A stretch of 64,000 bases of DNA from an uncultured Phycisphaerales bacterium (GCA_963772725.1 CAVYYI010000001.1:544001-608000), one strand, 5' to 3'; positions 52,218 to 64,000 are shown, counted from the first letter of the stretch. Made by a program: numbers and translations. The notes: a model not told the origin generated them from the letters alone.

Positions 52218-53186
52218 ATGGTCAAAAACATTGTGACTGTTTACCATAACCTCTCAACTTTGCTCGATGCGGGCTTATCTATGGTTCGCTCGCTGAATAT
52301 AGCGGCTAAGGGATTAAGGGGGCCGCTGCCTAAAGTTTTTGCCGATATAGAAAAAACCGTTGCCAATGGAAATACCCTCGCTGAGGGGATGATAAAACAC
52401 CCGCGAATTTTTGCACCAATGGATATAAGGATAGTTCAGGCTGGTGAAACATCCGGCAGCCTGGTGCAGTCGCTTCAAATGCTCTCGCAATGGTACGAAT
52501 TGCAGAGAAAGCTTATGCGGATGATTTATTCAGGAATGCTCTTTCCGGCGATGATTCTATTAATCGCCGCTTTTGTAGGCCCAATACCAGGGTTTGTTTT
52601 CGGCGGATTTGACACAAAATCATATTTTATGAGCGTTCTTACTACTCTTGCCTGCTTTTATGTCCCTATCTTGACTATTGCCGCCATAGTGAAATTTACA
52701 CCCAAAACCGGTATCCCTCGCAGAATTCTCGACTTTTTATCACTGCTGATACCAGTCCTGAGGCCGGCTATTAAGCATATAGCGATAAGCCGTTACTCAA
52801 GGGTTTTCTATATGCTGTATAAAGCCGGTGTCCCGATAGCGCAGGCATCCAAAGAAGCTGTCGATATGACAGGAAACTCAATTATTTCCGATATGCTCAG
52901 AGGCGGTGCGGAAAGCGCAAAGAATGGTAATCCTGTCTCGGAGGGGTTTTCTAAAAATCTGCCCGCCGATTTTCTTAATCTTTGGCAAATGGCAGAAGAA
53001 TCAGGAAAACTCGATGATACCGCGATAAGGCTGGCGCGCTCGCACGGTGAAACCGCGGAGATGTATTTCGAGGAATTCAGCCGCTGGCTTCCTAAAATTG
53101 TTTATGTTGCTGTTTCGGTGTATATAATCATAAAAATCTTTCAGAATGCTTCGATGGTTTTCAATCAAGCAACGTCAATTCAGTAA
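52218..53186 (+). CDS. Second, divergent PilC/GspF-family protein
   Basis: LSTLLDAGL, AGETSGSL, AEESGKLD. Confidence 0.85.
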   Translation: MVKNIVTVYHNLSTLLDAGLSMVRSLNIAAKGLRGPLPKVFADIEKTVANGNTLAEGMIKHPRIFAPMDIRIVQAGETSGSLVQSLQMLSQWYELQRKLMRMIYSGMLFPAMILLIAAFVGPIPGFVFGGFDTKSYFMSVLTTLACFYVPILTIAAIVKFTPKTGIPRRILDFLSLLIPVLRPAIKHIAISRYSRVFYMLYKAGVPIAQASKEAVDMTGNSIISDMLRGGAESAKNGNPVSEGFSKNLPADFLNLWQMAEESGKLDDTAIRLARSHGETAEMYFEEFSRWLPKIVYVAVSVYIIIKIFQNASMVFNQATSIQ

Positions 53187-53333
53187 TTTGCTCAAAATTA
53201 ACACTGTATTTGTCCGGCTTTACATTCAGAGGTGAGGCCTTTTTCCATAAGTTTGAGTAACTTATAAAATGTGTTTGTCTTATTTCGATTTTTTGATAAC
53301 ATAGAGTAAAAGTCGAATGTTGGAAAGTGTGTT

Positions 53334-55232
53334 ATGAAAAATGTTCTAAAAGCCTCGCCAGTCTTATCCCAGTATTTTGCGTTATCCTATGTGATAGTTC
53401 TGATTAATGCCTCAGTATTTTTGCGACAGATTGATTATTCGGATTTTATGACATGCCTTTTTGCGGGGGCAATTTATCTTACCTATTGTTATTTTTATAT
53501 TTTGCCGGTTTTTCTTTTGTTTGTGCTTTTGCAGAAAATTCTAAATATTAAATATCTGCCGGGCTTTGTGAAGTCAGACTGGCTGATTTGCGGGTTGGCG
53601 GTTATAGTTGTAACCGTGGTCCAAATGCTGATTTATACGGACAGCTTTGTGTTCAAAATATTCGGATTTCATTTCAACAGTTTTGTCTGGAATCTGGTTA
53701 CTACAAAAGGTGGTATTGAATCAATGGGGAGCAGTCCGTCGGCTGTACGCAGTTTTATAGCAACACTGCTGTTTTTCTTTGCGGTACAGGCGGGGATTTT
53801 ATTATCACTGATGTTGATTCCGCAAGTCAAAAACTTCTGCCGGAATTTTTTAACCCGCTGTAAGCTCACCGCGGCAACTGTTGTAATTATTATAGTGGCA
53901 GTTTTACAAGGTTTGGCCTATGGTTTGAGTTCATTCTATGATTACAAGCCTGTTGTTTCAGCATCAGAGGCGTTTCCCTTTTATGTTCCTGTCCGTTTCA
54001 GCCATATGGCGAAATCTCTCGGATTGAAGGCTCCTGTCGAATCAAGCTTCAATATGAAATTTGGTAAAATTAAGCTGCAATACCCTTTGAATCCGATTAA
54101 ATTACGAAGCGACGGTAAAAACTACAACATAATTTTTCTTATGGCCGAATCACTTCGAGCTGACATGCTTGATGCCGAGATAATGCCCAAAACGTGGGAA
54201 TTTTCGCAACAATCGGTCAATTTTAAGCAGCACTATAGCGGCGGCAATGGCACGCGAATGGCTATGTTCGCGGCTTTTTACGGCTTGTATGGAAACTACT
54301 GGTTTAAGTTTCTTAACGAGCACAAGGGGCCGGTAATAATTGATTTATTGCAGGCGAACAATTATCAGATGACGATGTTCAGCAGCGCAAAATTTTCTTA
54401 TCCCGAGTTTGATAATACGATTTTTGTCAAACTGCCTCGGGAAAAGCTGTTCGATTCAGGAAATCTTAAGCCGGGTATTATGGGATGGGAGTATGACCGT
54501 CAGAATGTCAGCCATATGCTGGATTTTATTGAAAATCACGATAAGTCACGTCCGTTTATGACATTTATGTTTTTCGAATCTCCGCATGCCCTTTATTATT
54601 TTCCGCCCGAAAATATTATACGAACATCGTATCTCGGTGAATTTAATTATGCCAAAGTTGACCTTAAGAATGATATCGGGCTGATAAAAAATCGGTATAT
54701 CAATTCCTGTAATCATCTCGACAGCCAGTTCGACAGGATATTTAAATATTTGAAGGAAAAATCGCTGCTTGATTCAACGATTGTTATAATAACCGGTGAC
54801 CACGGCGAAGAGTTTATGGAAAAGGGCAGGTGGGGACATAACTCGGACTATAGCGAAGAGCAAACACTTGTTCCGATGGTATTATGGGTGCCTGGCGTGA
54901 AGCCGCGGCAAGTCGAAAGTATGACAAGCCATCTTGATATTCCGGCAACTATTCTTAATATTTTAGGGGTCGCTAACCCGCCCGATGATTATTCATTCGG
55001 GATTGACATGCTTGGCAAGGATAAACGCCAGTTCAGTATTATCAGCGGCTGGGATACAATTGCTTATGTTGACAGCGAATACAAAGCAATTTTCCCGTTA
55101 GAAGTTTTCGGTAAACAAAAGATGGTTATGACCAAGGCGGATGATAAAATAACCAGCGAAGGAATATTCTATCAGACACATTTATCACAGCTTAATCAAA
55201 TTATGAAGGGGTTGAGCCGCTTCAGCAAATAG
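53334..55232 (+). CDS. YejM/PbgA-like (DUF3413) membrane sulfatase-fold protein
   Basis: 5 N-terminal TM helices, GFHFNSFVWNL, ESLRAD, HYSGGNGT, ITGDHGEEF, TSHLDI. Confidence 0.82.
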   Translation: MKNVLKASPVLSQYFALSYVIVLINASVFLRQIDYSDFMTCLFAGAIYLTYCYFYILPVFLLFVLLQKILNIKYLPGFVKSDWLICGLAVIVVTVVQMLIYTDSFVFKIFGFHFNSFVWNLVTTKGGIESMGSSPSAVRSFIATLLFFFAVQAGILLSLMLIPQVKNFCRNFLTRCKLTAATVVIIIVAVLQGLAYGLSSFYDYKPVVSASEAFPFYVPVRFSHMAKSLGLKAPVESSFNMKFGKIKLQYPLNPIKLRSDGKNYNIIFLMAESLRADMLDAEIMPKTWEFSQQSVNFKQHYSGGNGTRMAMFAAFYGLYGNYWFKFLNEHKGPVIIDLLQANNYQMTMFSSAKFSYPEFDNTIFVKLPREKLFDSGNLKPGIMGWEYDRQNVSHMLDFIENHDKSRPFMTFMFFESPHALYYFPPENIIRTSYLGEFNYAKVDLKNDIGLIKNRYINSCNHLDSQFDRIFKYLKEKSLLDSTIVIITGDHGEEFMEKGRWGHNSDYSEEQTLVPMVLWVPGVKPRQVESMTSHLDIPATILNILGVANPPDDYSFGIDMLGKDKRQFSIISGWDTIAYVDSEYKAIFPLEVFGKQKMVMTKADDKITSEGIFYQTHLSQLNQIMKGLSRFSK

Positions 55233-55519
55233 CGATTTAGAGATAAGAAAAGATGCAGAGAAAAGAGATAGGGTTTAACGTGGGGTGTTGTGTGTTTGGC
55301 GTATAGGGAATTTACCCCTTAGTTCCATGTGGGGCGTTTAGCCATTTTAGATTTTCGAATGCCGATTTTCGATTACAGGGGAGGAAGACGATGTGAGATG
55401 TATGAAAAGACCGTGAGGCGGGGTCTCGCGGCTAAACGGGGAATAAATTGGTCAGGGGGGTAATTTGCTTGATAGAAGCTAACAGAACTATATAATTGCT
55501 GAGGTTTTAAGGACAGAAA

Positions 55520-56247
55520 ATGGCAGTACTGAATGTAAATATCGACCATATAGCGACAATCAGGCAGGCGCGGCTAGCCAATGAGCCGGACCCTGTCTGG
55601 GCGGCCGCCGAATGTGAACTGGCAGGTGCCAATGGGATAACCGTCCATCTGCGCCAGGACAGGCGGCATATTAGCGACCGAGACGTTGAACTGCTCAAGG
55701 AGACCGTCGCCTGCAAATTCAATCTCGAAATGTCGATGACAGAGCCGATTGTAAAAATCGCTCGAAGATAAAGCCAGACCAGGTGACACTTGTGCCGGAA
55801 AACCGGGCGGAACTGACCACGGAAGGCGGACTCGACTGCGTTGGCGGGAAAAAACGCCTTGCCGAAGTGGTTAGCCGGATGCACAAAAAGGGAATTCTTG
55901 TAAGCGCTTTTATCACTCCGGACCAGGAGCAGATTGAGGCCTCGGCGTTTTGCGGCTGCGATGCGGTCGAGCTTCATACAGGCCAATACGCAAACGCGAA
56001 AGGCGCGAAGGCTGTTGAAAAAGAGCTGCGGAAACTTTCGCAGGCCAGGGATCTGGCGATGGGACAAAAACTTGTTGTTCATGCCGGCCACGGGCTTACG
56101 TATCGCAATATCGGGCCGGTCGCAGCGATAAAGGGACTGTGCGAATTTAATATCGGCCACAGCATAATTGCCCGGTCGGTTTTTGTCGGAATCCGGGAGG
56201 CAGCCGCTGAAATGATAAAATTGATAGATAAATATAGCAGGAGTTGA
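55520..56247 (+). CDS. pdxJ: Pyridoxine 5'-phosphate synthase (frameshift near 55765)
   Basis: [32 protein letters not shown]...TTEGGLD, ELHTG, HAGHGL, NIGHSII. Confidence 0.95.
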
Positions 56248-56250
56248 ATA

Positions 56251-57125
56251 ATGTTTACAGGAGCAATGTCGCATTAATAACACCATTTCAAGACGGCGAG
56301 GTTGATTTCGAGACTCTCGATGATCTTATTGAGTTTCAGCTCGAGAACAGCATCGACGCAATTGTTCCGGTCGGCACTACCGGCGAATCGCCGACGCTTA
56401 GGCACGAGGAGCATAAACAGGTTATCGAAAGGGTCGTAAAAACTGTGGCGGCAAAGTTCCGGTTATCGCCGGCGCCGGCTCAAACAGTACCGCTGAGGCG
56501 ATAGAATTTACCGATTTTGCCAAAAAGGTCGGTGCCGATGCCACTTTGCAGGTCGCGCCGTATTACAATAAGCCGACGCAGGAAGGCTTCTATCAGCATT
56601 TTAAGACCATAGCCGAAGAAGTGGATTTTCCGATAGTATTATACAATATTCCCGGCCGCTGCGGGGGAACGGGAATGACGGCCGAAACCATTGTTCGCCT
56701 CTCGCAGGTAGAGAACATCGTCGCCATTAAGGAGGCTACCGGCAGTCTTGATATGGCCAGCGACTATCGCCAGCCTCTGCGATATGACGATTATTTCCGG
56801 TGACGACTCGCTGACGCTGCCGATATGCTCGGTAGGCGGCAAAGGCGTTATCAGCGTGGTTGCGAATATTGTTCCGTCCGATGTGAAGGCTATGACGGAT
56901 TTGATTTTAGAAGGCGATTTCGTTTCCGCCCGGCAGTGGCACAACAAGCTTTTTGCACTGAGCAAAAATATGCTCAGCCTCGCAACGAACCCTATACCGA
57001 TTAAGGCCGCGATGGCAATGCTTAAAATGTCGTCGGAAGAGATGCGTTTGCCGATGACACCGCTCGATGAAGGCAAAAGGGCCATCCTGACAAAAACGCT
57101 AAAAGATTACGGCCTGCTCGAATAA
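56251..57125 (+). CDS. dapA: 4-hydroxy-tetrahydrodipicolinate synthase (several frameshifts)
   Basis: [45 protein letters not shown]. Confidence 0.93.
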
Positions 57126-57162
57126 AAATGGCTCGGCAGTCAAAAACCGAGAATAGTTTGAA

Positions 57163-57193
57163 ATTGCTTCGGCCTAATGGCCTGGCGATGACA
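57163..57193. repeat. Degenerate REP-like element
   Basis: ATTGCTTCGGCCTAATGGCCTGGCGATGACA resembles the GATTGCTTCG...CTCGCAATGAC REP-like family (recalled pattern). Confidence 0.4.
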
Positions 57194-57325
57194 CAAAAAT
57201 ACCATAAAATTCACGTGAACGGTTGTATTATATTTTAAAATGCTGCTTTTCAAGCGGCTTAGAAGCGGGTATAATGCCCTATGGTTATTGAGACGGCTTA
57301 TTAACCTGATTAAGGATAATGGAAT

Positions 57326-58344
57326 ATGTTCAGGTACGTGGGATGGCTAATATTGACGGCGGCATTAATACTGTTGTCCGCCGACGGGGTGGCAAAGGTT
57401 TCCGCCGAGACGTGGCAGCTCCATAAAGGACAGGAGTTAAAACCGGTTTCCGCAAAGGGTTCGGAGGGATACGCACTGGCGGTATCGGAAATAAAGCAAT
57501 TGATGAATAGCGGCCGCACGAGTGATGTTGTCAAAGCCCTGAATAAACTCAGGAAGGATTATCCGCAGTTTATCGGGCCTGATTTAGACGCGTTTATAAC
57601 GGCGGAAAAGTATTTTTCGCAGGGCAAGTACACAAAGGCAGTAAGAAGCTATGACAAGTTTCTGGATGAATTTCCGCAGAGCGAGCTTTACCAGGCCGCT
57701 CTCGACAGAGAATTTGCCATCGCAACGGCATACCTGGCGGGCCAAAAGAGGACCGTGCTGCTGATTTTCAGGATAAGGGGTTATGAAGAAGGCGCAGGAT
57801 TATGGAAAAAATCAGCGACCGCACAGGCGATGCCCCGTTAGCGTATAATGCGCTGATTGCGGTGGCGAAGAGTTATGAAAAGAGGCAGAAGTTTAACGAC
57901 GCTTATCTTGAATGGTCGCTGATTGCCTCGAAATGGCCTACCGGGCAAATCGGCAAGGAGGCGCTGCTGGCAATGGGCCGATGCAAACACGCTGATTACC
58001 GGGGGCCTAAATACGATGCTTCGAGTTTAATCAGTGCGAAAAGTTATTATGAAGACTTTAAGTCACGCTATTCCGAAGAGGCGAAAACCTACAATATTGA
58101 TGAGAAACTCCGCCAGATAAAAGAACAATCGGGATATAAGCAGTTTTGCATAGGACAATATTATCAAAAAACCGATAGTTTGATGCCCGCGAATTCGTAT
58201 TATGAGATGGTAATGGCGGATTGGCCTGACAGCACGGCGGCGAAAATGGCGAAAATCGCTGTTGAGAAGGAAAAAACCGAAAGCAAAAAGGAAGAAAAAT
58301 GGCAAACACAGATTATGAAAAAACTCGAAAAACTGCTTTTATAG
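57326..58344 (+). CDS. bamD: BamD-like TPR outer membrane assembly protein (frameshift near 57800)
   Basis: TPR helices (YDKFLDEFPQS, YRGPKYD, YYEDFKSRY, WPDSTAA); upstream of lptE. Confidence 0.7.
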
Positions 58345-58844
58345 TTTTTTGCGTGGTGACTTGTGTTATAATTTTAAATATTTGCGGCTGCGGCGGAGCA
58401 GGCGGTTATACCAATCAATCGCTGTTCAGGGATAATGTTGAGAGCGTTTGTGTAGATATGTTCGATAATCAGACCTTTTACCGCGGAGTTGAATACAAGC
58501 TTACCGACGCTCTTGCCAAACGCATAGAAGCGGGTACGCCTTATAAAATTATTACGAGCAAAGACCTCGCGGACAGCGTAATAAGCGGACAGATAACATC
58601 GATAGGCGAATCAGTTTTGACGGCGGAGCGAGAGACCGGCCGCCCGCTTGAAAAAGAAGTTTTGATAACGGCGGTTGTGAACTGGAAAAACTTAAAAACA
58701 GGCGAATTGCTCATAGACAATATTTATGTCAGCGCGCCGATGAGTTACTCGGAGTGGCAGGGCCAGGGATTTGAATATGCGTCAGCGGCAGCGACAAACA
58801 AATTGGCCAAAAAAATTGTAGAAATAATGGAGAAACCGTGGTAA
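58299..58844 (+). CDS. lptE: LPS assembly lipoprotein LptE family
   Basis: Lipobox ICGC, GY..SLF, FDNQTFYRGVEYKLTDAL, LAKKIVEIMEKPW. Confidence 0.8.
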   Translation: MANTDYEKTRKTAFIVFCVVTCVIILNICGCGGAGGYTNQSLFRDNVESVCVDMFDNQTFYRGVEYKLTDALAKRIEAGTPYKIITSKDLADSVISGQITSIGESVLTAERETGRPLEKEVLITAVVNWKNLKTGELLIDNIYVSAPMSYSEWQGQGFEYASAAATNKLAKKIVEIMEKPW

Positions 58845-58892
58845 AATTACTGTACTTTCCGTTTTGCGGGGTGCAGAGTACGAGAAAAAAAT

Positions 58893-60866
58893 ATGGCAGC
58901 TAATAAAAAGAAAAGAACGGGCCAGATATTTCCAGAGTTTGACGACCAAAGGGGGGGCAAGGTACCACCGTCGCCATATAAGCGAGGGCCGATAAGCTGG
59001 CTTTTGATTCTGGCGATAATCCTGATAGCGGTAACGATGCTGATGCAGTCTCAGAGTTCCGAGGAAATCCGGTGGGACCAGTTCCGCAAATACGCGGAAA
59101 ACGGAGATGTTGAGAGCGTAGATTTAAAGGATATGGAAATAATCGGCAAATTCAAGGAAAAGACCATCAGGGAGTCCAAAGGCAACACTAAGAACACATT
59201 TGTGGTTTATTTTAATCCGCAGGTATATGGTCAAATACTCGGAAATCTTCTTGATGAAAATGAAATTCAGGTTAAGCAGTCTGTTCCAAAGACGTGGGTT
59301 TTGACACTGATAAGCACGCTGCTCCCTGTGGCGATTATAATCGGTGTGTTTTACTTTTTGTTTGCGCGAAACCTTCACAGCGGCGCCGGCGGAATGTTAA
59401 TGGCGTTCGGGCGAAGCAAGCACCGCTTACAGGGCAAAGATAAGAACAAGGTTACATTTAAGGATGTGGCCGGGGTTGAAGAGGCCAAGGAAGAGGTTTC
59501 GGAAATAATCGAATTTCTCAAGAACCCGAAAAAGTTTCAGCGTCTTGGCGGACGCATTCCTCGCGGCGTTTTGCTTGTAGGTCCGCCTGGCTGTGGAAAA
59601 ACACTGCTGGCCAAAGCCATCGCCGGTGAAGCGGATGTGCCTTTTTTCAGCATATCAGGAAGTGACTTTGTAGAGATGTTTGTTGGCGTCGGAGCATCGC
59701 GTGTTCGGGATTTGTTCAGGCAGGCGAAAGAAAATTCACCTTGTATAATATTTTTAGATGAAATTGACGCTGTCGGGCGTAAGCGTGGCGCGGGTTTTGC
59801 CAGCGGCGGACACGATGAACGTGAGCAGACGCTCAATGCTATTCTTGTTGAAATGGATGGTTTCGATACGAATGACCAGGTTATAGTTATCGCGGCGACA
59901 AACCGCAGCGATATTCTTGACCACGCCTTGACGCGTCCGGGCAGATTTGACAGGCAGGTTGTTGTTCCTTTGCCGGACTTGAAAGGGCGGGCAGAGATTC
60001 TCAGCGTTCACGCAAGAAAAGTAAAGATGGGCCCAGACGCAAATATTGAAAAACTTGCGAGAGGAACGCCTATGTTCAGCGGCGCGGATTTGGCGGCGAT
60101 TATTAATGAGGCAGCACTTGCCGCGACAATGTTGAATAAAGACTATATCGAAATGGCGGATCTGGAAGAGGCCAGGGACAAGGTTCGCTGGGGCCGTGCC
60201 AAGAAGAGCAGGGTTATCGACCAGCGAGAAAAAGAGATTACCGCTTATCACGAGGCCGGCCATACACTGGTTCAATCTCTTCTTAAAGACGCAGACCCGC
60301 TGCATAAGGTTAGTATTATTCCGAGAGGCCCTATGGGCGGCGCGACGTTCGCTCTGCCGGAAAGGGACAGAACAATCTTCACGAAAAGATACTGTATGGC
60401 GTTGCTGGAGGTTTGTTTCGGCGGACGAATTGCCGAGGAGATGTTCTGCAACGATATTTCGAGCGGCGCACAATCGGATATTCAGCATGCCACCAGTATC
60501 GCCAAACAAATGATATTGACATGGGGTATGAGTGATAAACTTGGCCTAATCAGCTATGAAAACAGCGGTGTATTTGATGAGCAGATGTATAAGTTTCCGG
60601 GAGAAAAAGAATATTCGGATAAAACGGCTGAAGCAATAGATAATGAGATTAAAGGCCTTACTGACCTGGCATACAAAGATGCGAAGGAATTAATAGGAAC
60701 AAATAAGGACAAACTGGAGAGGATAGCAAAGGCGCTGCTGAAGTATGAGACACTCGACGCCACAGATGTTAAGCTAATTCTCGAAGGAGGCGAGCTGGAT
60801 AAGCCCACGGTTACGGACTTGATAGCCGCTGAACAGGTAAAGGCCGCTGAAACTGAAACTAAATAA
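58893..60866 (+). CDS. ftsH: ATP-dependent zinc metalloprotease FtsH
   Basis: Two TM helices, [27 protein letters not shown]. Confidence 0.97.
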   Translation: MAANKKKRTGQIFPEFDDQRGGKVPPSPYKRGPISWLLILAIILIAVTMLMQSQSSEEIRWDQFRKYAENGDVESVDLKDMEIIGKFKEKTIRESKGNTKNTFVVYFNPQVYGQILGNLLDENEIQVKQSVPKTWVLTLISTLLPVAIIIGVFYFLFARNLHSGAGGMLMAFGRSKHRLQGKDKNKVTFKDVAGVEEAKEEVSEIIEFLKNPKKFQRLGGRIPRGVLLVGPPGCGKTLLAKAIAGEADVPFFSISGSDFVEMFVGVGASRVRDLFRQAKENSPCIIFLDEIDAVGRKRGAGFASGGHDEREQTLNAILVEMDGFDTNDQVIVIAATNRSDILDHALTRPGRFDRQVVVPLPDLKGRAEILSVHARKVKMGPDANIEKLARGTPMFSGADLAAIINEAALAATMLNKDYIEMADLEEARDKVRWGRAKKSRVIDQREKEITAYHEAGHTLVQSLLKDADPLHKVSIIPRGPMGGATFALPERDRTIFTKRYCMALLEVCFGGRIAEEMFCNDISSGAQSDIQHATSIAKQMILTWGMSDKLGLISYENSGVFDEQMYKFPGEKEYSDKTAEAIDNEIKGLTDLAYKDAKELIGTNKDKLERIAKALLKYETLDATDVKLILEGGELDKPTVTDLIAAEQVKAAETETK

Positions 60867-60921
60867 ATCAGTTACTTAATTATCAAAGGCCGCCGCCAAT
60901 ATTTAATTTAAGGGGGTGCCG

Positions 60922-62696
60922 ATGAAAAAAACGACAACTTCGGTATTGTGCAGTATCCTGATTTTATCAGGATATATCGTTTGTTTGGGGGATGACGCAA
61001 ACACAATTGGTTCAAATCTTGAACTGATAAAATATGAGAATGAATTTTCCCGCGTACATGTTGAACCAGCGCGGATGAATGGTAAAGGGGGCCTTGCGGT
61101 TATATTTGAGGGTACCGAAGGTCTGCACTATTACGCTAACAAAGACACCGCGCCGGCAGTCGGATATCAACTTAAAGTCGAAGCCAAATCGGATAATGTT
61201 GAGTTCGCAGAGGCTGTTTTTCCGCGGTGGACATTCTTTTTTGACAAAGGGCTGGGTAAAAATATCGAAGTTTATACAGGTAATTTTACTATATTTGCAC
61301 CATTAAATCCGCAACAACTGCCGGCAAAACAAATGTTTCTGTGCTGATTTCAGGTTTAGCCTGCACAAGCAAGGTTTGTTTACCGCCATTTGAGAAAAAG
61401 CTTAACATCGAATTTGATTACGGTATGGCAGATTCGTGGAAGGAAATAACTCTTAACAAGGCTGCCGTTGCTGCGCCGGCGGAGCAGTTGAGATATTCGA
61501 TTTGGGGGGCTATGCTGCTTGCACTGGCGGCTGGGATGGTTCTCAATTTGATGCCCTGTGTCTGGCCGGTGCTGCCTCTTATTGTGATGCGTATTGTCGA
61601 GCAGTCAAAGCAGAGTAAAACGATGTCTATCACGATGGGAATTGCTTTTTGCCTGGGCATACTATTGTTCTTTGCGTGTCTTTGCGGCGCAAATATAATT
61701 CTGCACATTTTTTACGGCACAGTTCTGCAGTGGGGCGACCAGCTAAGAAATCCCGTTGTATTGACTATTTTAACTCTTATTTTAATTGTGATGGCGTTGT
61801 TTATGTTTGGGGTTTTCACAATCGGCCTGCCTGCTTCAATTAGCGGGAAAAGCAGTACGGGCAAAGGTCTTGCCGGCTCTGTCGGTATGGGCTTCCTGGC
61901 GGCGATACTGAGTACGCCATGCAGTTTCGGTATTTTGTCAGCGGCATTTGCGTGGGCACAGACCCAGCCGACAGTTATTGCGACGCTGACGATAATGACT
62001 ATCGGTGTTGGGATGGCTTTACCTTACGCAGTCCTGACTTCGATGCCAGGTTTGCTGAAAAGGCTGCCTCGCACAGGCCGCTGGATGGAACTGTTTAAGC
62101 AGACAATAGGTTTTGTGCTGCTGGTTATAGCAGTGAAACTGATAGGGTCGTTGCCTCAGTCGCATCGAATCGATGTTCTGTATTTTTCAGTGGCACTTGC
62201 GTTTGGCGTATGGATGTGGGGAAGCTGGGTTGGATACAACAGCAGGTTTTCACATAAATTAATCGTGCGTACAATCGCGGTTATTATGGTAATCGCTGCC
62301 GGATGGTTATTACTGCCTGCACCAGCGGGGGAATTAATACAATGGCAGTCGTATAATACAGAAGTTATTGATGCCGCCAAAGTGAAGCAGAGGCCTGTAT
62401 TGATTAAATTTACGGCGGACTGGTGTTTTAATTGCGCTGTTGCGGAAAAGGTTGTGTACGAGCGTGAAGATATCGCGAAACTAATTGAGAACAAAGGGGT
62501 TTTGGCGATTAAGGCTGACACAACATTGTCCGATTATCCCGCTACCGCGGCATTGAAAAATGTGTATGATGAGCCGGGTGTTCCGGTGAGCGTATTATTG
62601 GTTCCTGGTAGGGAAGAGCCTATTAAATGGCACGGTATTTCTTTTGGTACCGAGCTAAAGGCGCAATTAGAAAAATTTCCGGACAGGAAATTTTAA
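60922..62696 (+). CDS. dsbD: DsbD-like thiol:disulfide interchange protein (frameshift near 61330)
   Basis: N-domain LHYY...ACTSKVCLPP, TM LNLMPCVWPV and STPCS, C-terminal FTADWCFNC. Confidence 0.85.
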
Positions 62697-62716
62697 TTAC
62701 AAAGAGGGACATCTTA

Positions 62717-63331
62717 GTGAAAAAATTATCTATAATACTCCTGGTTGTAATGATAAGTACGGTTTCATGCTCAACAAACCATGAAAAAAGTTTCAAAAAA
62801 AGCGAACCAACCGCCTTTCAGCCTAAGCCTCTTTACGACGATTGGAGCAAATGGCTTGTCGGCGAATGGGAAGGCTCCGGCGAATCGAATGCGGGTAAAG
62901 GTAAATACCGGATCAAAGCAGAGATGGGTTTGAACGGCCAATTTCTAATTATAAAAGGCGAAGCTGAGATAGCGGAAATGACTGATGAGCAAAAACGATA
63001 TCTTAAGAATACTTTGCACGCGTCCGATGAAGAAGTTGAAAAATTTCAAAGCTCGACTTTCAAAAGTCTCGAAATTTATACTATTGACCCGAGGACTGGA
63101 GAAGTCGTAGGATATATGTTTGACAGCCTGCGCTGCATCGCCCACGGCAGAGGCAGGCGTGAAGGCAATAAAGAGGTTATGAAATGGGAGTGGTCGGGCA
63201 GCGGGCAGGGGGCTTCAAGCATAAGCACCATAGAAAAGGTCAATAATGATAAATTAATAAGCATCCAAACGTATGCGTTACCGAATGGCGGTACAATGGA
63301 AGATAGAGGGGAAATGATTCGAAAAAAGTGA
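62717..63331 (+). CDS. Hypothetical lipoprotein (DUF1579-like)
   Basis: GTG start, VSC lipobox, WLVGEWEG, YMFDS. Confidence 0.6.
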   Translation: MKKLSIILLVVMISTVSCSTNHEKSFKKSEPTAFQPKPLYDDWSKWLVGEWEGSGESNAGKGKYRIKAEMGLNGQFLIIKGEAEIAEMTDEQKRYLKNTLHASDEEVEKFQSSTFKSLEIYTIDPRTGEVVGYMFDSLRCIAHGRGRREGNKEVMKWEWSGSGQGASSISTIEKVNNDKLISIQTYALPNGGTMEDRGEMIRKK

Positions 63332-63344
63332 CGCTGACTGAGAA

Positions 63345-64000
63345 ATGGGAAAGAAAACGGCAGAAAATACAAAGATAAAAGTCGATAAGGCAGAGGCGGC
63401 AAAAAGAGTCTCGCAGATTTGGCCTATTCTCAGGAAAACATATCCGGACGCGAAAATAGCCCTGAATTTTACAAATCCGCTTGAACTTCTTATAGCGACT
63501 ATTTTGTCGGCACAGTGTACCGACGTTCGTGTCAACATCGTTACAAAAGACATTTTCAGAAAATATAGAACGGCACAGGACTGGGCCAATGCCGATGTAA
63601 AAGAGATAGAGGCTGACATAAAAAGTACCGGATTTTACCGCAATAAGGCAAAAAATATAAAGGCGGCCTGCGTAAAGATAATATCCGATTTTGGCGGCAA
63701 GGTTCCCGCGACGATGGAAGAACTAACCAGCCTTGCCGGTGTGGGCAGAAAAACTGCCAACGTCCTGCTGGGTAATGCTTTTGGTATTCCGGGGATTGCT
63801 TGCGATACGCATGTCATTCGTCTTTCGCGGCGGTTAGGCCTTTCGGAAAACAGCGACCCGGTGAAACTTGAATTTGACCTGAATGAAATTGTTCCCAAAA
63901 AGAACTGGTCGCTGTTCAGCCACCTTTTAATTTTTCACGGCAGGAATATCTGTAAGGCCCCAAAACCACGATGCGGCGAGTGCCCGATTGCGGAATATTG
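63345..64000 (+). CDS. nth: Endonuclease III (runs off the window end)
   Basis: Manual translation: LLIATILSAQCTD, GFYRNKAKNI, LAGVGRKTAN, DTHVIRL, CKAPKPRCGECPI. Confidence 0.95.
   Translation, partial: MGKKTAENTKIKVDKAEAAKRVSQIWPILRKTYPDAKIALNFTNPLELLIATILSAQCTDVRVNIVTKDIFRKYRTAQDWANADVKEIEADIKSTGFYRNKAKNIKAACVKIISDFGGKVPATMEELTSLAGVGRKTANVLLGNAFGIPGIACDTHVIRLSRRLGLSENSDPVKLEFDLNEIVPKKNWSLFSHLLIFHGRNICKAPKPRCGECPIAEY

Overview
A chromosomal window from an anaerobic diderm bacterium. Gene content and protein style (Ala/Gly-Phe prepilins, dockerin-like EF-hand tails, HEAT-repeat and DUF3352-like exported proteins) suggest Planctomycetota, probably Phycisphaerae/Sedimentisphaerales; this is an inference. 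Many genes, including normally essential ones, carry single-base frameshifts that are most likely long-read indel errors. Left to right: a repeat-dense spacer, an SPFH gene, a CsoR-controlled Cus-type RND efflux operon, ahcY-bioY, an M90 peptidase, tRNA(CAT), YbhB, archaeal-type aroA'/aroB', a CapD/PglF-like dehydratase, rsmD-cca-anSME and a HEAT protein. Next come a TACGTA palindrome, an arsR-arsP-trx-trx-ccdA-arsM-acr3 operon, lexA overlapped by an upstream out-of-frame ORF, a miniature IS110/IS1111 relic, a LigD phosphoesterase module, glmM, serA and a four-helix-bundle gene bracketed by inverted heptamer repeats. These are followed by a 13-kb type IV pilin/T2SS-like cluster whose gene gaps hold nested palindromic repeats, then a second pilC, a YejM-like gene, pdxJ, dapA, bamD-lptE-ftsH, dsbD-like and nth. 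Best candidates for undescribed biology: (1) strong enrichment of [D/E]-[P/A/S/V]-N (and D-P-C) in exported proteins, a possible non-canonical modification sequon; (2) the four-helix-bundle gene with its dispersed, nested repeat families; (3) the ORF overlapping lexA, with a direct-repeat SOS-box candidate; (4) the mini-IS110; (5) the TACGTA cruciform.
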